Assembly: GCA_049698675.1 (NCBI GenBank)
Contig: JBAVYG010000735.1
Location: forward strand, 1-35,962
From: Terriglobia bacterium
GTDB taxonomy: Bacteria; Acidobacteriota; Terriglobia; UBA7540
Length of the DNA: 35,962 bases
Direction: 5' to 3'
Shown here piece by piece: positions 9,709 to 17,324 of this stretch (its first letter is position 1; each line of letters starts with the position of its first letter). The position numbers were made by a program, and so were the translations under genes. The notes under the pieces were generated by a model. That model was not told the origin of the DNA, ran no database searches, and saw only the letters and a program-made list of their open reading frames with translations.

Positions 9709-10617
9709 ATGGCTGTTCGAAGGCTCTGCACAATTCTGGCTGTTTTCATCGCGCTTGCGTTTTGTCTGCCTGGTGTAAAGGCGCAGAAGAGTTCGAAGCC
9801 CCTGGCGAAAGAGAATGTACTCGAACTTCTGACCGGGGATGTACCACCGGAGCGCGTTGCCGCCATCGTTCGCGAGCGAGGAGTTTCATTTAAACTGGAC
9901 CGAGCTGCGGAAGACCAGATCCGTCAAGCTGGCGGCAACGATGAGCTCTTGAAGGCAATTCGCGAGCTTGCGCCAAAGCCTCCCACTTCTCAGGCCGGGA
10001 AGGCGAAGCCCCCTGCGACGCCGAAGCCTGCTGGTCCGCCGGTTCTGCTGATTGAGGCCACTCCGGGCGACGCGCACGTCTATATCGATGATGAGCTGGT
10101 GGGGACCACAAGCCCCGAAGGGAGACTGAAAATCAGCACCCTCTCACCGGGCGCGCATCGGGTCCGGCTTGCGCACAGGAGCTTCCAGGATCATGAAGAA
10201 ACGGTGCAATTGACTTCGGGAGAAACCACCCTAGTTGCCTCGAATCTGCAAGCAGCGGATACAACGCCCGTCCAGGCCCCGGCGGAGCCGGCAGCAACGG
10301 CCACTAATCCGACGGCCACTGTCTCGGTTGCCCCGGGTTATTTGGGCGTTCGTGCCGCCCAACATCAGCCGGCCGGGAGCAAGGGGGTTGTAATCTTAGA
10401 TATCGCACCTGGGGGACCTGCCGACAGGGCCGGGCTGAAGCCTAACGATACAATCCTCAGCATCGGCGGCCAGCGAATAAGGACGCCGCAAGACCTTCAG
10501 GCTGCTCTGGTTAGCCACAAGGCAGGAGAGACGGTAGAGATCATCTGGTCCAGCGGCAACAGCGTGGTGACGAAGTCCATCCGGTTATCCGCGCGCCTAG
10601 CCGGCCCTCCTACGTAG
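9709..10617 (+). CDS. Secreted PEGA-domain / PDZ-domain protein
   Basis: Signal peptide 'MAVRRLCTILAVFIALAFCLPGVKAQ' from the ATG at 9709; an in-frame GTG at 9664 is an alternative start. PEGA-like 'PGDAHVYIDDELVGTTSPEGRLKISTLSPGAHRVRL'. PDZ 'GVVILDIAPGGPADRAGLKPNDTILSIGGQRI'. Confidence 0.8.
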   Translation: MAVRRLCTILAVFIALAFCLPGVKAQKSSKPLAKENVLELLTGDVPPERVAAIVRERGVSFKLDRAAEDQIRQAGGNDELLKAIRELAPKPPTSQAGKAKPPATPKPAGPPVLLIEATPGDAHVYIDDELVGTTSPEGRLKISTLSPGAHRVRLAHRSFQDHEETVQLTSGETTLVASNLQAADTTPVQAPAEPAATATNPTATVSVAPGYLGVRAAQHQPAGSKGVVILDIAPGGPADRAGLKPNDTILSIGGQRIRTPQDLQAALVSHKAGETVEIIWSSGNSVVTKSIRLSARLAGPPT

Positions 10618-10682
10618 GAGAATGCCACCCGCCAGCCTGTGCCGCCCGCCGAGAAATCCGGCTGTACGACCTTGGCGCGGCA

Positions 10683-12065
10683 ATGGCGCCATTATTCCGC
10701 AATCTTTGGGAACAAACGCACAGGGTAAAGATGCTTGAACTCGATTCCAATCGCGCACTGCTGGTGGACCTTTACGAATTGACCATGGCGGCAGCGTACT
10801 TCGAGCAACATGTGGACTGCCGCGCAAGTTTCGAACTCTTCGTCCGCCAGTTGCCCCCCGAGCGCGCTTACCTCGTGGCCGGTGGCATCGAAGACGCCGT
10901 GGATTACCTCGCGGCCTTGCGATTCACTCGAGAGGACGTGAACTTCGTTCGCAGCCTGCCTGTGTTTCGCAATGTTTCTTCTGAATTCTTCGAGTATCTT
11001 CGCGAGTTCCGCTTTGCCGGCGACGTTGAGGCGGTCGAGGAAGGCACACTCATCTTTGCGGAAGAGCCGCTTCTTCAGGTGACCGCGCCGATTCTGGAAG
11101 CACAAATTGTTGAGACCTACCTGCTCTCCATCACCAATTTTGAGACGCTGGTTGCCTCCAAGTCGGCTCGCGTAGTGCGGGCGGCGCGTGGCCGGGGCGT
11201 GTTCGAGTTCGGCACGCGGCGGGCGCAGGGGCCTGAAGCCGGCGTTCGCGCCGCGCGCGCCGCGTACCTCGGCGGGTGTGTTGCGACCTCGAATGTTCTG
11301 GCGGGCTTTCAATACGGCATCCCGCTTGCAGGCACGGCAGCCCATTCCTGGACCCAGGCTTTCCCAACCGAACGTCAAAGCTTCGAGGCCCTCCTGGACA
11401 CGTTCCCGGAGGATGCCATCCTGTTGATCGACACCTATGACCCAATTGCAGGAGCGGAGACCGCAGCCACCCTCGGGCGGAAGATTGCGGGCGTACGCAT
11501 CGATAGCGGTGACCTCCTCGCAACGAGCCGCCGGGTTCGGGAAATCCTGGACCGTCACGGCCTGCATGAGGCCAAGATCGTGGCCAGCGGGGATTTGAAC
11601 GAGTACAAGGTGGAAGCCCTGCTTTCGCAAGGAGCGCCCATCGACCTCTTCGGCGTAGGGACCGATCTCGCCACCTCGCGCGACGTCCCTGCGCTCAACG
11701 TGGTCTACAAGCTGGTTGAGATCGAACACAACGGGCAGGTGGATTACAAGAGCAAATTCAGCGAAGGGAAAGTCTATTCGCCGGGCCGGAAGCAGGTCTT
11801 CCGGTTCTCGGCTGGCGGTCATTATCATCATGATCTGATCACACGCTCCCGCGAAGAGCCTTCGGAGGGCACACCGCTGCTCCACCCCGTGATGCGCAAT
11901 GGCAGGAGGCTCAGGTCCCGGCCATACCTCCAAGACGCGAGGACTAATGTCCTTGCGAATCTTGACCGCTTGCCGGAACCTTACCACGCTCTGCGGAACG
12001 CGCCTGGTTATCCCGTAGCCAAGAGCGAGGCGCTCCAGCGCCTCCTGGAGGAGGTTCGCGAGTAG
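10683..12065 (+). CDS. pncB: Nicotinate phosphoribosyltransferase
   Basis: N-terminal 'ALLVDLYELTMAAAYF' and 'FGTRRA...GTAAHSW...IDTYD...VRIDSGD' are typical of the NAPRTase family. An alternative ATG start lies at 10731. Confidence 0.88.
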   Translation: MAPLFRNLWEQTHRVKMLELDSNRALLVDLYELTMAAAYFEQHVDCRASFELFVRQLPPERAYLVAGGIEDAVDYLAALRFTREDVNFVRSLPVFRNVSSEFFEYLREFRFAGDVEAVEEGTLIFAEEPLLQVTAPILEAQIVETYLLSITNFETLVASKSARVVRAARGRGVFEFGTRRAQGPEAGVRAARAAYLGGCVATSNVLAGFQYGIPLAGTAAHSWTQAFPTERQSFEALLDTFPEDAILLIDTYDPIAGAETAATLGRKIAGVRIDSGDLLATSRRVREILDRHGLHEAKIVASGDLNEYKVEALLSQGAPIDLFGVGTDLATSRDVPALNVVYKLVEIEHNGQVDYKSKFSEGKVYSPGRKQVFRFSAGGHYHHDLITRSREEPSEGTPLLHPVMRNGRRLRSRPYLQDARTNVLANLDRLPEPYHALRNAPGYPVAKSEALQRLLEEVRE

Positions 12066-12086
12066 AGCTTCGGGGCGCGACAGGCG

Positions 12087-12226
12087 GGCAGAAGGGATTA
12101 GGGAATAGGGAACAGCGAGTAAGCGGGAAGCGGCAGGAAAGAGGCAGAAAGCGGAGGGCAGAAGTCAAATGGCAAAAGGCAAATGGCAAATGGCAAAAAG
12201 CAGAAGGCGGGAGGCAGTAAGCGTCA
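12087..12226. repeat. Heptamer array A1: 20 in-phase degenerate heptamers, consensus RGCRRRA (for example ggcagaa, ggcaaat, ggcaaaa)
   Basis: Parsed by hand. It has 20 consecutive 7-nt units (140 bp) and the top strand is almost purine-only. It starts 21 nt after the pncB stop. Confidence 0.85.
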
Positions 12227-12241
12227 GCTGTTGTGCGTGAG

Positions 12242-12304
12242 TTTCCAGTTTCGAGTTTCGATTTTCGAATTTCCAGTTTCTAATTTCTAGTTTCTGATTT
12301 CCAG
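12242..12304. repeat. Heptamer array A2: 9 in-phase heptamers TTTCNNN (tttccag/tttcgag/.../tttctaa/tttctag/tttctga)
   Basis: Nine perfect-phase units. It ends 11 nt before the pncA ATG. The core TTTCCAG is the reverse complement of the CTGGAAA core at 14553-14573. Confidence 0.85.
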
Positions 12305-12315
12305 TTGGTGCGAGA

Positions 12316-12951
12316 ATGAGTGAACCGAACAAGTCTGGCCGTTTGGTGTTTCTTGATGTCGATACGCAGGTGGACTTTATGTCTCCGAGTGGAAGGCTTT
12401 ATGTGCCACATGCGGAGGAGATCATCCCTAACCTGACGAAATTGATGTTGTGGGCGCGGGACCACAGAATCCCCATCATTTCATCCGCTGATACGCACGC
12501 GCCGGACGACCCGGAGTTCGCCCAATGGCCTCCTCACTGTGTGGTGGGGACGCCCGGCCAGCGCCGCATTCCTGAGACGTTCTTCCCTGACGCCGTGGTC
12601 GTGGAGGACCGTCCGGGTGCCTTTCAGGCCTCCAAAGAATGGGTTGGACAGCTCATCGTGGAGAAGCCAGTGTACGTGGTCTCCGCAAACGTGAATTTCG
12701 ATGCCATCCTGGCTTCGCTTGGCCGGTCTCGCTTCGTGGTGTTTGGCGTGGCCACCGAATACTGTGTACTGTCGGATGTCCTGGCACTGCGCAAGCGCAA
12801 CCTGCCTGTGGCTCTCGTTCGGGATGCCATTAAGCCCATCACCGAAGAGGGGGGTCGGAAGGCCATTGAGGAGATGGTCGCTGCAGGGGTCCAGTTAGTC
12901 ACGACCGCGGCCGTTTGTAGTCCAGGGTTTCAAGGTTTCTGCATGCAGTAA
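12316..12951 (+). CDS. pncA: Nicotinamidase / isochorismatase-family hydrolase
   Basis: 'LVFLDVDTQVDF...YVP', 'SSADTHAPDDPEF..WPPHCVVGTPG' and 'VFGVATEYCV' (catalytic Cys context). Located next to pncB. Confidence 0.8.
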   Translation: MSEPNKSGRLVFLDVDTQVDFMSPSGRLYVPHAEEIIPNLTKLMLWARDHRIPIISSADTHAPDDPEFAQWPPHCVVGTPGQRRIPETFFPDAVVVEDRPGAFQASKEWVGQLIVEKPVYVVSANVNFDAILASLGRSRFVVFGVATEYCVLSDVLALRKRNLPVALVRDAIKPITEEGGRKAIEEMVAAGVQLVTTAAVCSPGFQGFCMQ

Positions 12952-13002
12952 GGCGGCGTGAGCGCCGGTTTCGACAGGCGATTAAATAAACTGGAGGCAA
13001 AT

Positions 13003-13440
13003 GTGGTCAAAGCAAAACTGATGGTGGCTCTGCGAGACCCGGAGTCGGTCGAGAGTCTCATGACCCTGGCGGTCCATCTATCGAACGGCATGGATGCTGA
13101 ACTTGTTGCTCTGCACGTGGTTGAAGTGCCGCCAGCAACGCCCCTCGAGGCAGAGGATGAGGTTTTGGACCACGAGGGAAAAGAGATCCTAGCGGCTGCA
13201 AGACGGGTTGCGGAGAAATCTTCCAAGAAGATATCCACTGAACTGCTGCGGGCACGCGAGGTGGGAGAAGCCATAGTGGGCGAGGCCAAGGACCGGGGCG
13301 CGGAGTTGCTCATCGTGGGACATCGCGGATCCCATACCTCTGCCCTGGGCGAACTTCTCCTGGGAAGCACCGCGCAATATGTAGCCCATCACGCACCGTG
13401 CCGAGTGATCATTCAGATTCCAGCACCCAAGCCGCGCTAG
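13003..13440 (+). CDS. Universal stress protein family (UspA-like)
   Basis: 'AELLIVGHRGSHTSALGELLLGSTAQYVAHHAPCRVIIQ' is the USP C-terminal ATP-binding-type motif. I prefer the GTG at 13003, with GGAGG 5 nt upstream. The ORF track starts at the GTG at 12958. Confidence 0.8.
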   Translation: MVKAKLMVALRDPESVESLMTLAVHLSNGMDAELVALHVVEVPPATPLEAEDEVLDHEGKEILAAARRVAEKSSKKISTELLRAREVGEAIVGEAKDRGAELLIVGHRGSHTSALGELLLGSTAQYVAHHAPCRVIIQIPAPKPR

Positions 13441-13496
13441 GTGAATCTGAACGCAGTATTGGCCCGCACTTTTGAGTGAAGATCGGAAATCGGGAG

Positions 13497-13721
13497 TCAG
13501 ATGAACAAGGGTATGTCGCCATCGACGACATAAGCTTCGGGTTCCAGTGGTGGCTCGGCGATGGTCTGTTGGTTCATGTCCTGTTTGCACGCCAGCATCG
13601 TCCCCACGGCGAGGGAACTGAGTAACAAGACTCCCGGTTGGCACATTGCCCACTGCAGCACTTGCTGCGGGCGAAGGGGCTCATCCTGATTCTTCGACGG
13701 CTCCGGTTGGTTATTCAACAT
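13497..13721 (-). CDS. Possible small membrane protein (74 aa), hypothetical
   Basis: ATG at 13721 with 'gagaagg' upstream. Third-position GC is about 72% by my count. One hydrophobic segment, 'PGVLLLSSLAVGTMLA'. I recognise no homology. Confidence 0.3.
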   Translation of the reverse strand: MLNNQPEPSKNQDEPLRPQQVLQWAMCQPGVLLLSSLAVGTMLACKQDMNQQTIAEPPLEPEAYVVDGDIPLFI

Positions 13722-13947
13722 AGCGCACGACCTTCTCGATTCGTTTATCGGCATTTCCGGCCCAAGCTTGAGCGCTGAATCGCCCGAAATCGAAGGGGCT
13801 GGACCGTCGGTTTGTGGCTTGACTCTACGAGCCGGAGATGGCGTAGAATAGCTGAGGGTTCTTAGTGTTAGCGGACTTTTGTGCTGGCTCTTTGCCATCG
13901 CTGAGCCGCGCCAGAACGGCCCATAACTGCCCGCCTTCGAGGTTCCT

Positions 13948-14526
13948 ATGGTGATCGCATCCCAGCTCCGTCCAGGAACGGTTCTGAAGATAAATAATGA
14001 CCTCTTTAAGGTGATCGACTCGCAGTATCACATCGGACAAGGCAAGATGCCCGGCAGCGTCCACGCGAAGCTGCGCAACGTCCTAAAGGGCACGTTCAAA
14101 GAGTTGCGCTTCCGGCCGGAGGAGCGGCTGGAGGAAACCCAACTCGAGAAGCAAGAGATGGAATTCCTTTACAGCGACACTGATTCGGCAACCTTCATGA
14201 ACCCAAGAACTTATGACCAGGTTTCCATCCCGCTCGAGGCCATCGGCGCGGCGGCGACATATCTCCAGCCTGAGGTGAAAGTGCCGGTGGAGTTCTACGA
14301 AGGGCAGCCGGTCAGCATCGTCTTCCCGGAGATCGTCGAGGTGAAGATCCAGACGACCGCGCAGCCAGTCCACCAGCAACAAGACAACACCTACAAATCC
14401 GCTACGCTGGAAAATGGCACGGAACTGATGGTTCCACAATTCATCAAACCCGGGGAGACGATACGCGTCGAAGTGACTACGGCCAAGTACGTGGACCGCG
14501 TGCGAGCCGATACGAAGAGGTTCTAG
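13948..14526 (+). CDS. efp: Elongation factor P family protein (divergent loop and domain III)
   Basis: 192 aa with EF-P architecture: 'LRPGTVLKINNDLFKVIDSQYH', '...AKLRN', 'MEFLYSD..ATFMNPRTYDQV' and 'VPQFIKPGETIRVEVTTAKYVDR'. The tip Lys33 is retained in the atypical loop 'HIGQGKMPGS'. Confidence 0.85.
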   Translation: MVIASQLRPGTVLKINNDLFKVIDSQYHIGQGKMPGSVHAKLRNVLKGTFKELRFRPEERLEETQLEKQEMEFLYSDTDSATFMNPRTYDQVSIPLEAIGAAATYLQPEVKVPVEFYEGQPVSIVFPEIVEVKIQTTAQPVHQQQDNTYKSATLENGTELMVPQFIKPGETIRVEVTTAKYVDRVRADTKRF

Positions 14527-14551
14527 CAGTGACGAGGGAGAAGAGGAGACT

Positions 14552-14656
14552 AGAAACTGGAAAATGGAAACTGGGATCCTGGTCTTTCCCCACCTACGAC
14601 ATACGACCTACCACCTACCACGTACGACCTACCACCTACCACGTACGACCTACCAC
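14552..14656. repeat. Heptamer array B: CTGGAAA-type units followed by about 9 CTACSAC units, including two perfect 21-nt copies; left arm of the inverted repeat bracketing the GNAT gene
   Basis: Units gaaactg/gaaaatg/gaaactg at 14553-14573. Units ctacgac/atacgac/ctaccac... at 14594-14656. 14608-14628 is identical to 14629-14649. The stretch 14552-14621 is the reverse complement of 15289-15372. Confidence 0.9.
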
Positions 14657-14733
14657 CCACCCCGTCATGCAATTTGTACTATGGCAAACATCGCCTGAGC
14701 TTGCTAAGATAGACCTTACTTTTCGCTAAAATC

Positions 14734-15279
14734 ATGGATACGCCAGGCCTCAACGTCTCCGCCAGACCGCACTTCCAGCTCAAAGTGCGTCCGGCCGAAT
14801 TGCGGGACGCATCCGACATTGCCCGCATCTATCTCCAGGCGACGCAAGACAACCTTGCTACCTTTGAGAACTTCCTCCATACGCCCGAGGAGCGAACGCG
14901 CTGGGTGAATGAACATGGGGGGAAGTATCCTCTCCTGGTGGCGGAGTTGAATGGTTGGATTCTGGGCTGGGCAGCGCTCAGTCCATACCTCGTCCGTCCC
15001 CGCATGGAGGGAATCGCTGAGCTCCTGATCTACATTGACCGCGACTACCGGCGGCATGGCGTGGGGCGGGAAATAATGCGCGCGGTCCTGGCAATCGCCG
15101 AGGCCGTGGGCCACTTCAAGCTGGTGGGCCGGTTCCTGGCGCACAACGATGCTGGCCGGACGCTCTGCCGCCTGACGGGCTGGCGCGAGGTGGGAGTGCA
15201 CTTGAAACACACCAAGCTGGAGGGGCGCTGGCACGACGTGGTGGTGGTTGAGTATCTAATCGCCGAGAACTTGAAGTGA
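14734..15279 (+). CDS. GNAT N-acetyltransferase, phosphinothricin/L-amino-acid acetyltransferase (PAT/YncA-like) family
   Basis: 'VRPAELRDASDIARIY...ATFE...EERTRWVNEHGGKYPLLVAE..GWILGWAALSPY..R.....AELLIYIDRDYRRHGVGREIM' and 'KLEGRWHDVVVVEYLI' fit the PAT-type GNAT pattern. Confidence 0.85.
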   Translation: MDTPGLNVSARPHFQLKVRPAELRDASDIARIYLQATQDNLATFENFLHTPEERTRWVNEHGGKYPLLVAELNGWILGWAALSPYLVRPRMEGIAELLIYIDRDYRRHGVGREIMRAVLAIAEAVGHFKLVGRFLAHNDAGRTLCRLTGWREVGVHLKHTKLEGRWHDVVVVEYLIAENLK

Positions 15280-15288
15280 CGGCAATTG

Positions 15289-15372
15289 GTGGTAGGTGGT
15301 AGGTCGTATGTGGTAGGTGGGGAAAGACCAGGATTCCAGTTTCCGCCTCCCAGTTTCTATTTTCCAGTTTCT
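15289..15372. repeat. Heptamer array C: GTGGTAG units followed by AGTTTCC-type units; right arm of the inverted repeat bracketing the GNAT gene
   Basis: Units gtggtag x3, gtcgtat, then agtttcc/agtttct. The reverse complement matches 14552-14621 at 68/70 positions, with a 14-nt (two-unit) insertion. Confidence 0.9.
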
Positions 15373-15397
15373 GCTTTCTTGCTCGTCCTTGAAAAGA

Positions 15398-15474
15398 TGG
15401 CAGGCGTGGAGGGACTCGAACCCCCGACCCACGGATTAGAAATCCGTTGCTCTATCCACCTGAGCTACACGCCC
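15398..15474 (-). tRNA. tRNA-Arg (anticodon TCT), CCA encoded
   Basis: The reverse complement GGGCGTGTAGCTCAGGTGGATAGAGCAACGGATTTCTAATCCGTGGGTCGGGGGTTCGAGTCCCTCCACGCCTGCCA folds as a cloverleaf. Anticodon stem ACGGA/TCCGT, loop TTTCTAA, T-loop GGTTCGAGTCC. Confidence 0.9.
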
Positions 15475-15551
15475 CCAGCACCTTACAAATGAATAATATC
15501 GGTGGCTTCGGCCCAAGTCAAATAAATGGACTGTCAGGTAGGGTCCTAATA

Positions 15552-15628
15552 TGGGGTGGGTGACGGGATTCGAACCCGCGACGTCCAGATCCACAGTCTG
15601 GCGCTCTACCAGCTGAGCTACACCCACC
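15552..15628 (-). tRNA. tRNA-His (anticodon GTG) with encoded G-1 and CCA
   Basis: The reverse complement is G+GTGGGTGTAGCTCAGCTGGTAGAGCGCCAGACTGTGGATCTGGACGTCGCGGGTTCGAATCCCGTCACCCACCCCA. Anticodon loop CTGTGGA. An extra 5' G lies opposite discriminator C73. Confidence 0.9.
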
Positions 15629-15741
15629 ACAACTGCGGGGCTCGCGTGCAGGTAGCCTCTATACCTTTGTAACACCGGGGGTGAAGGGTGTCAACTAATC
15701 GGGTGATCGAGTGAGCAAGAAACCGCCCCCTCGGCTCTCAT

Positions 15742-15833
15742 GTCATTCCGAGCGTAGCGAGGAATCTTGCTCTGGGCTTGGGCGTATGTGGAGGCAATAA
15801 TCGAAGCGAGATTCCTCGCTACGCTCGGAATGA
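15742..15833. repeat. Palindromic element: 25-26 bp perfect inverted repeat (gtcattccgagcgtagcgaggaatct / agattcctcgctacgctcggaatgac) with a 41-nt spacer
   Basis: Arms at 15742-15767 and 15809-15833 are exact reverse complements. The element lies in the intergenic gap between tRNA-His and the gene at 15899-16372. Confidence 0.85.
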
Positions 15834-15898
15834 CACCTGGGGCATTCCACCTGGAGCATCACGCCTCTTTTTGAACGCCCGATCACCGGAACGCCCGA

Positions 15899-16372
15899 TT
15901 ACCGGGTTGACTCGTCGGCGGGGATTTCCTGGAGCTCCGTAGGATGCTGGCAGCAGACGCAATCGCCGGGTTCAAGGGCCTCGATATTACATACTTTGCA
16001 GAAATAACGCACTCGGAAGAGCTTCCCACTCTTGACCGTGTAGAGCCGCTCGACCTCAAATGTTCCATCGGCTTTCATCGTTCCTTCGAGCCGGATCTCG
16101 CGGTTGGCCAAGCGTTTGTCCAGCAAGGTGTGGAACAGATAAGTGGTGGTGGCGGAGAGGGGCTGGTCCTTTTCATGTATTCGTAAGACCGGCCCTTGCC
16201 CAGGGATGGAGAGCAGCTTCCCTTCCAGGGCTGCCAAATGAAGTGTTTCGCCTTGGGCCGCGTATAAAGGGGAAGCTGACAGCGCAGCCGTCCACACAAT
16301 CAGGCCAATCGCCATCACTCGCATTGAGGGGCTCGGGCAGGTCTCGTGCTGTTGTTTTTCTGAGGAGTACAT
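15899..16372 (-). CDS. Hypothetical secreted protein with C-terminal Cys cluster (CxxC-x9-CxCC)
   Basis: Signal-like 'MRVMAIGLIVWTAALSASPLYAAQG' (alternative start ATG at 16324). C-terminus 'CKVCNIEALEPGDCVCC'. I recognise no family with confidence. Confidence 0.6.
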   Translation of the reverse strand: MYSSEKQQHETCPSPSMRVMAIGLIVWTAALSASPLYAAQGETLHLAALEGKLLSIPGQGPVLRIHEKDQPLSATTTYLFHTLLDKRLANREIRLEGTMKADGTFEVERLYTVKSGKLFRVRYFCKVCNIEALEPGDCVCCQHPTELQEIPADESTR

Positions 16373-16392
16373 CAAGTTAATTTCACCATTGC

Positions 16393-16462
16393 TTCATTGA
16401 GTCATTGATTCATTGACAAAAAAACCTTGGAATGCTTTTCAATGATTCAATGACTCAATGAA
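16393..16462. repeat. Octamer-repeat hairpin: (tcattgaN)x3 and (tcaatgaN)x3 arms, 23/24 complementary, 22-nt A-rich loop
   Basis: Left arm 16393-16416 (ttcattgagtcattgattcattga). Right arm 16439-16462 (tcaatgattcaatgactcaatgaa). It lies between two tandem minus-strand genes, just after the stop at 16484. Confidence 0.8.
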
Positions 16463-16483
16463 CCAATCACTCAATGCCGTTCG

Positions 16484-17149
16484 TCAGCCCTCCCACTTTC
16501 CGACCACCGTGAACGCTATCGGAAGATCGCCGCCTGACCCGTGAACCTTCACCTGGAGGTCCCAATGGCCCTGATCATCTTTGACCACAGCCGGGAAGCT
16601 GTCTCCATTCAACGGCGCGCCCACGAGGAAACCAGGGTGCGGCGTGCCCGACGATTGGCGGCCCAACTTTACGAGGTCATCAAATTTCAGGGCGGTGGCG
16701 AGATCGTTGTCCACGGCGACGGGGCAGAGGATCAATACGTCCCTGGTAGGGTTCACCCCCATATGATTTCCGTCCTGAGGAATCAACCCGTAGCGCAAAG
16801 TATAAAACCCCGGCTTGATGGCCTGGCCGCGGAAATCAGCTCCCTGACTGGGGAAGTGCAGCACGCCAAGGAACACTCCTTCACTCAGAGAAGCATAGAG
16901 AAAGTCCGAAGAACCGCCGGCGCTGGAGCTGGTGGGCACGCTCTTGCGTAACCACACCTCCAGCAACGTGCCTCCCTGGTCGTTTAATACCCGCGTTCCC
17001 TGTGATTCCAATGCATCTTGCAAGGGTTTGGAAAGGTCTGCGACTGGCGGCGCTCCGGCGTTTTCCACTTTGTAGGTCTGTCCAAACGCCATGCTTGCCA
17101 AGACAAGTTGCGAGGCAAGAATCAACACCTGCGCGCGATGCAGTTTCAT
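16484..17149 (-). CDS. Hypothetical secreted protein
   Basis: ATG at 17149 with an upstream 'gaggg'. Signal peptide 'MKLHRAQVLILASQLVLASMAFGQ'. Long ORF with coding-like composition. I recognise no family. Confidence 0.65.
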   Translation of the reverse strand: MKLHRAQVLILASQLVLASMAFGQTYKVENAGAPPVADLSKPLQDALESQGTRVLNDQGGTLLEVWLRKSVPTSSSAGGSSDFLYASLSEGVFLGVLHFPSQGADFRGQAIKPGFYTLRYGLIPQDGNHMGVNPTRDVLILCPVAVDNDLATALKFDDLVKLGRQSSGTPHPGFLVGAPLNGDSFPAVVKDDQGHWDLQVKVHGSGGDLPIAFTVVGKWEG

Positions 17150-17282
17150 AAAGTAGCCCTCATTTCTTAGATGCTCTGAACTCAAAACCGGGAACGCCGG
17201 AATAACCTGCTTCCCGTTTCTATTCTATTGTGCGGCACGCGACCGGGAAAAATCTAGCAGGTTGCTGAAAAATGGTATTGGG

Positions 17283-17324
17283 GGCAGAAGTCAGGCGTCA
17301 GAAGTCAGGAGTCAGAAGAAGAAA
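17283..17324. repeat. Heptamer array E1: ggcagaa gtcaggc gtcagaa gtcagga gtcagaa gaagaaa
   Basis: Six in-phase units with core GTCAG. Related to the A1 units (ggcagaa, gtcaaat). Confidence 0.8.

Noticed and set aside
10692-11987. 431-aa minus-strand ORF across pncB
   Set aside because: It is antisense to a well-supported NAPRTase frame, and its sequence is low-complexity and Arg-rich.
14529-15492. ORFs translating the repeats ('PTTYHVRPTTYHVRPTT', 14529-14729; 15286-15492)
   Set aside because: They read straight through 7-nt-period arrays, whose periodicity is incompatible with selection on a reading frame. The second also runs into the tRNA-Arg gene on the opposite strand.
15696-15905. Possible MITE delimited by 'ggtgatcg'/'cgatcacc' short inverted repeats around the palindromic element
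   Set aside because: Only about 8 bp are complementary, and the right copy lies partly inside the coding sequence. This is too weak to support.
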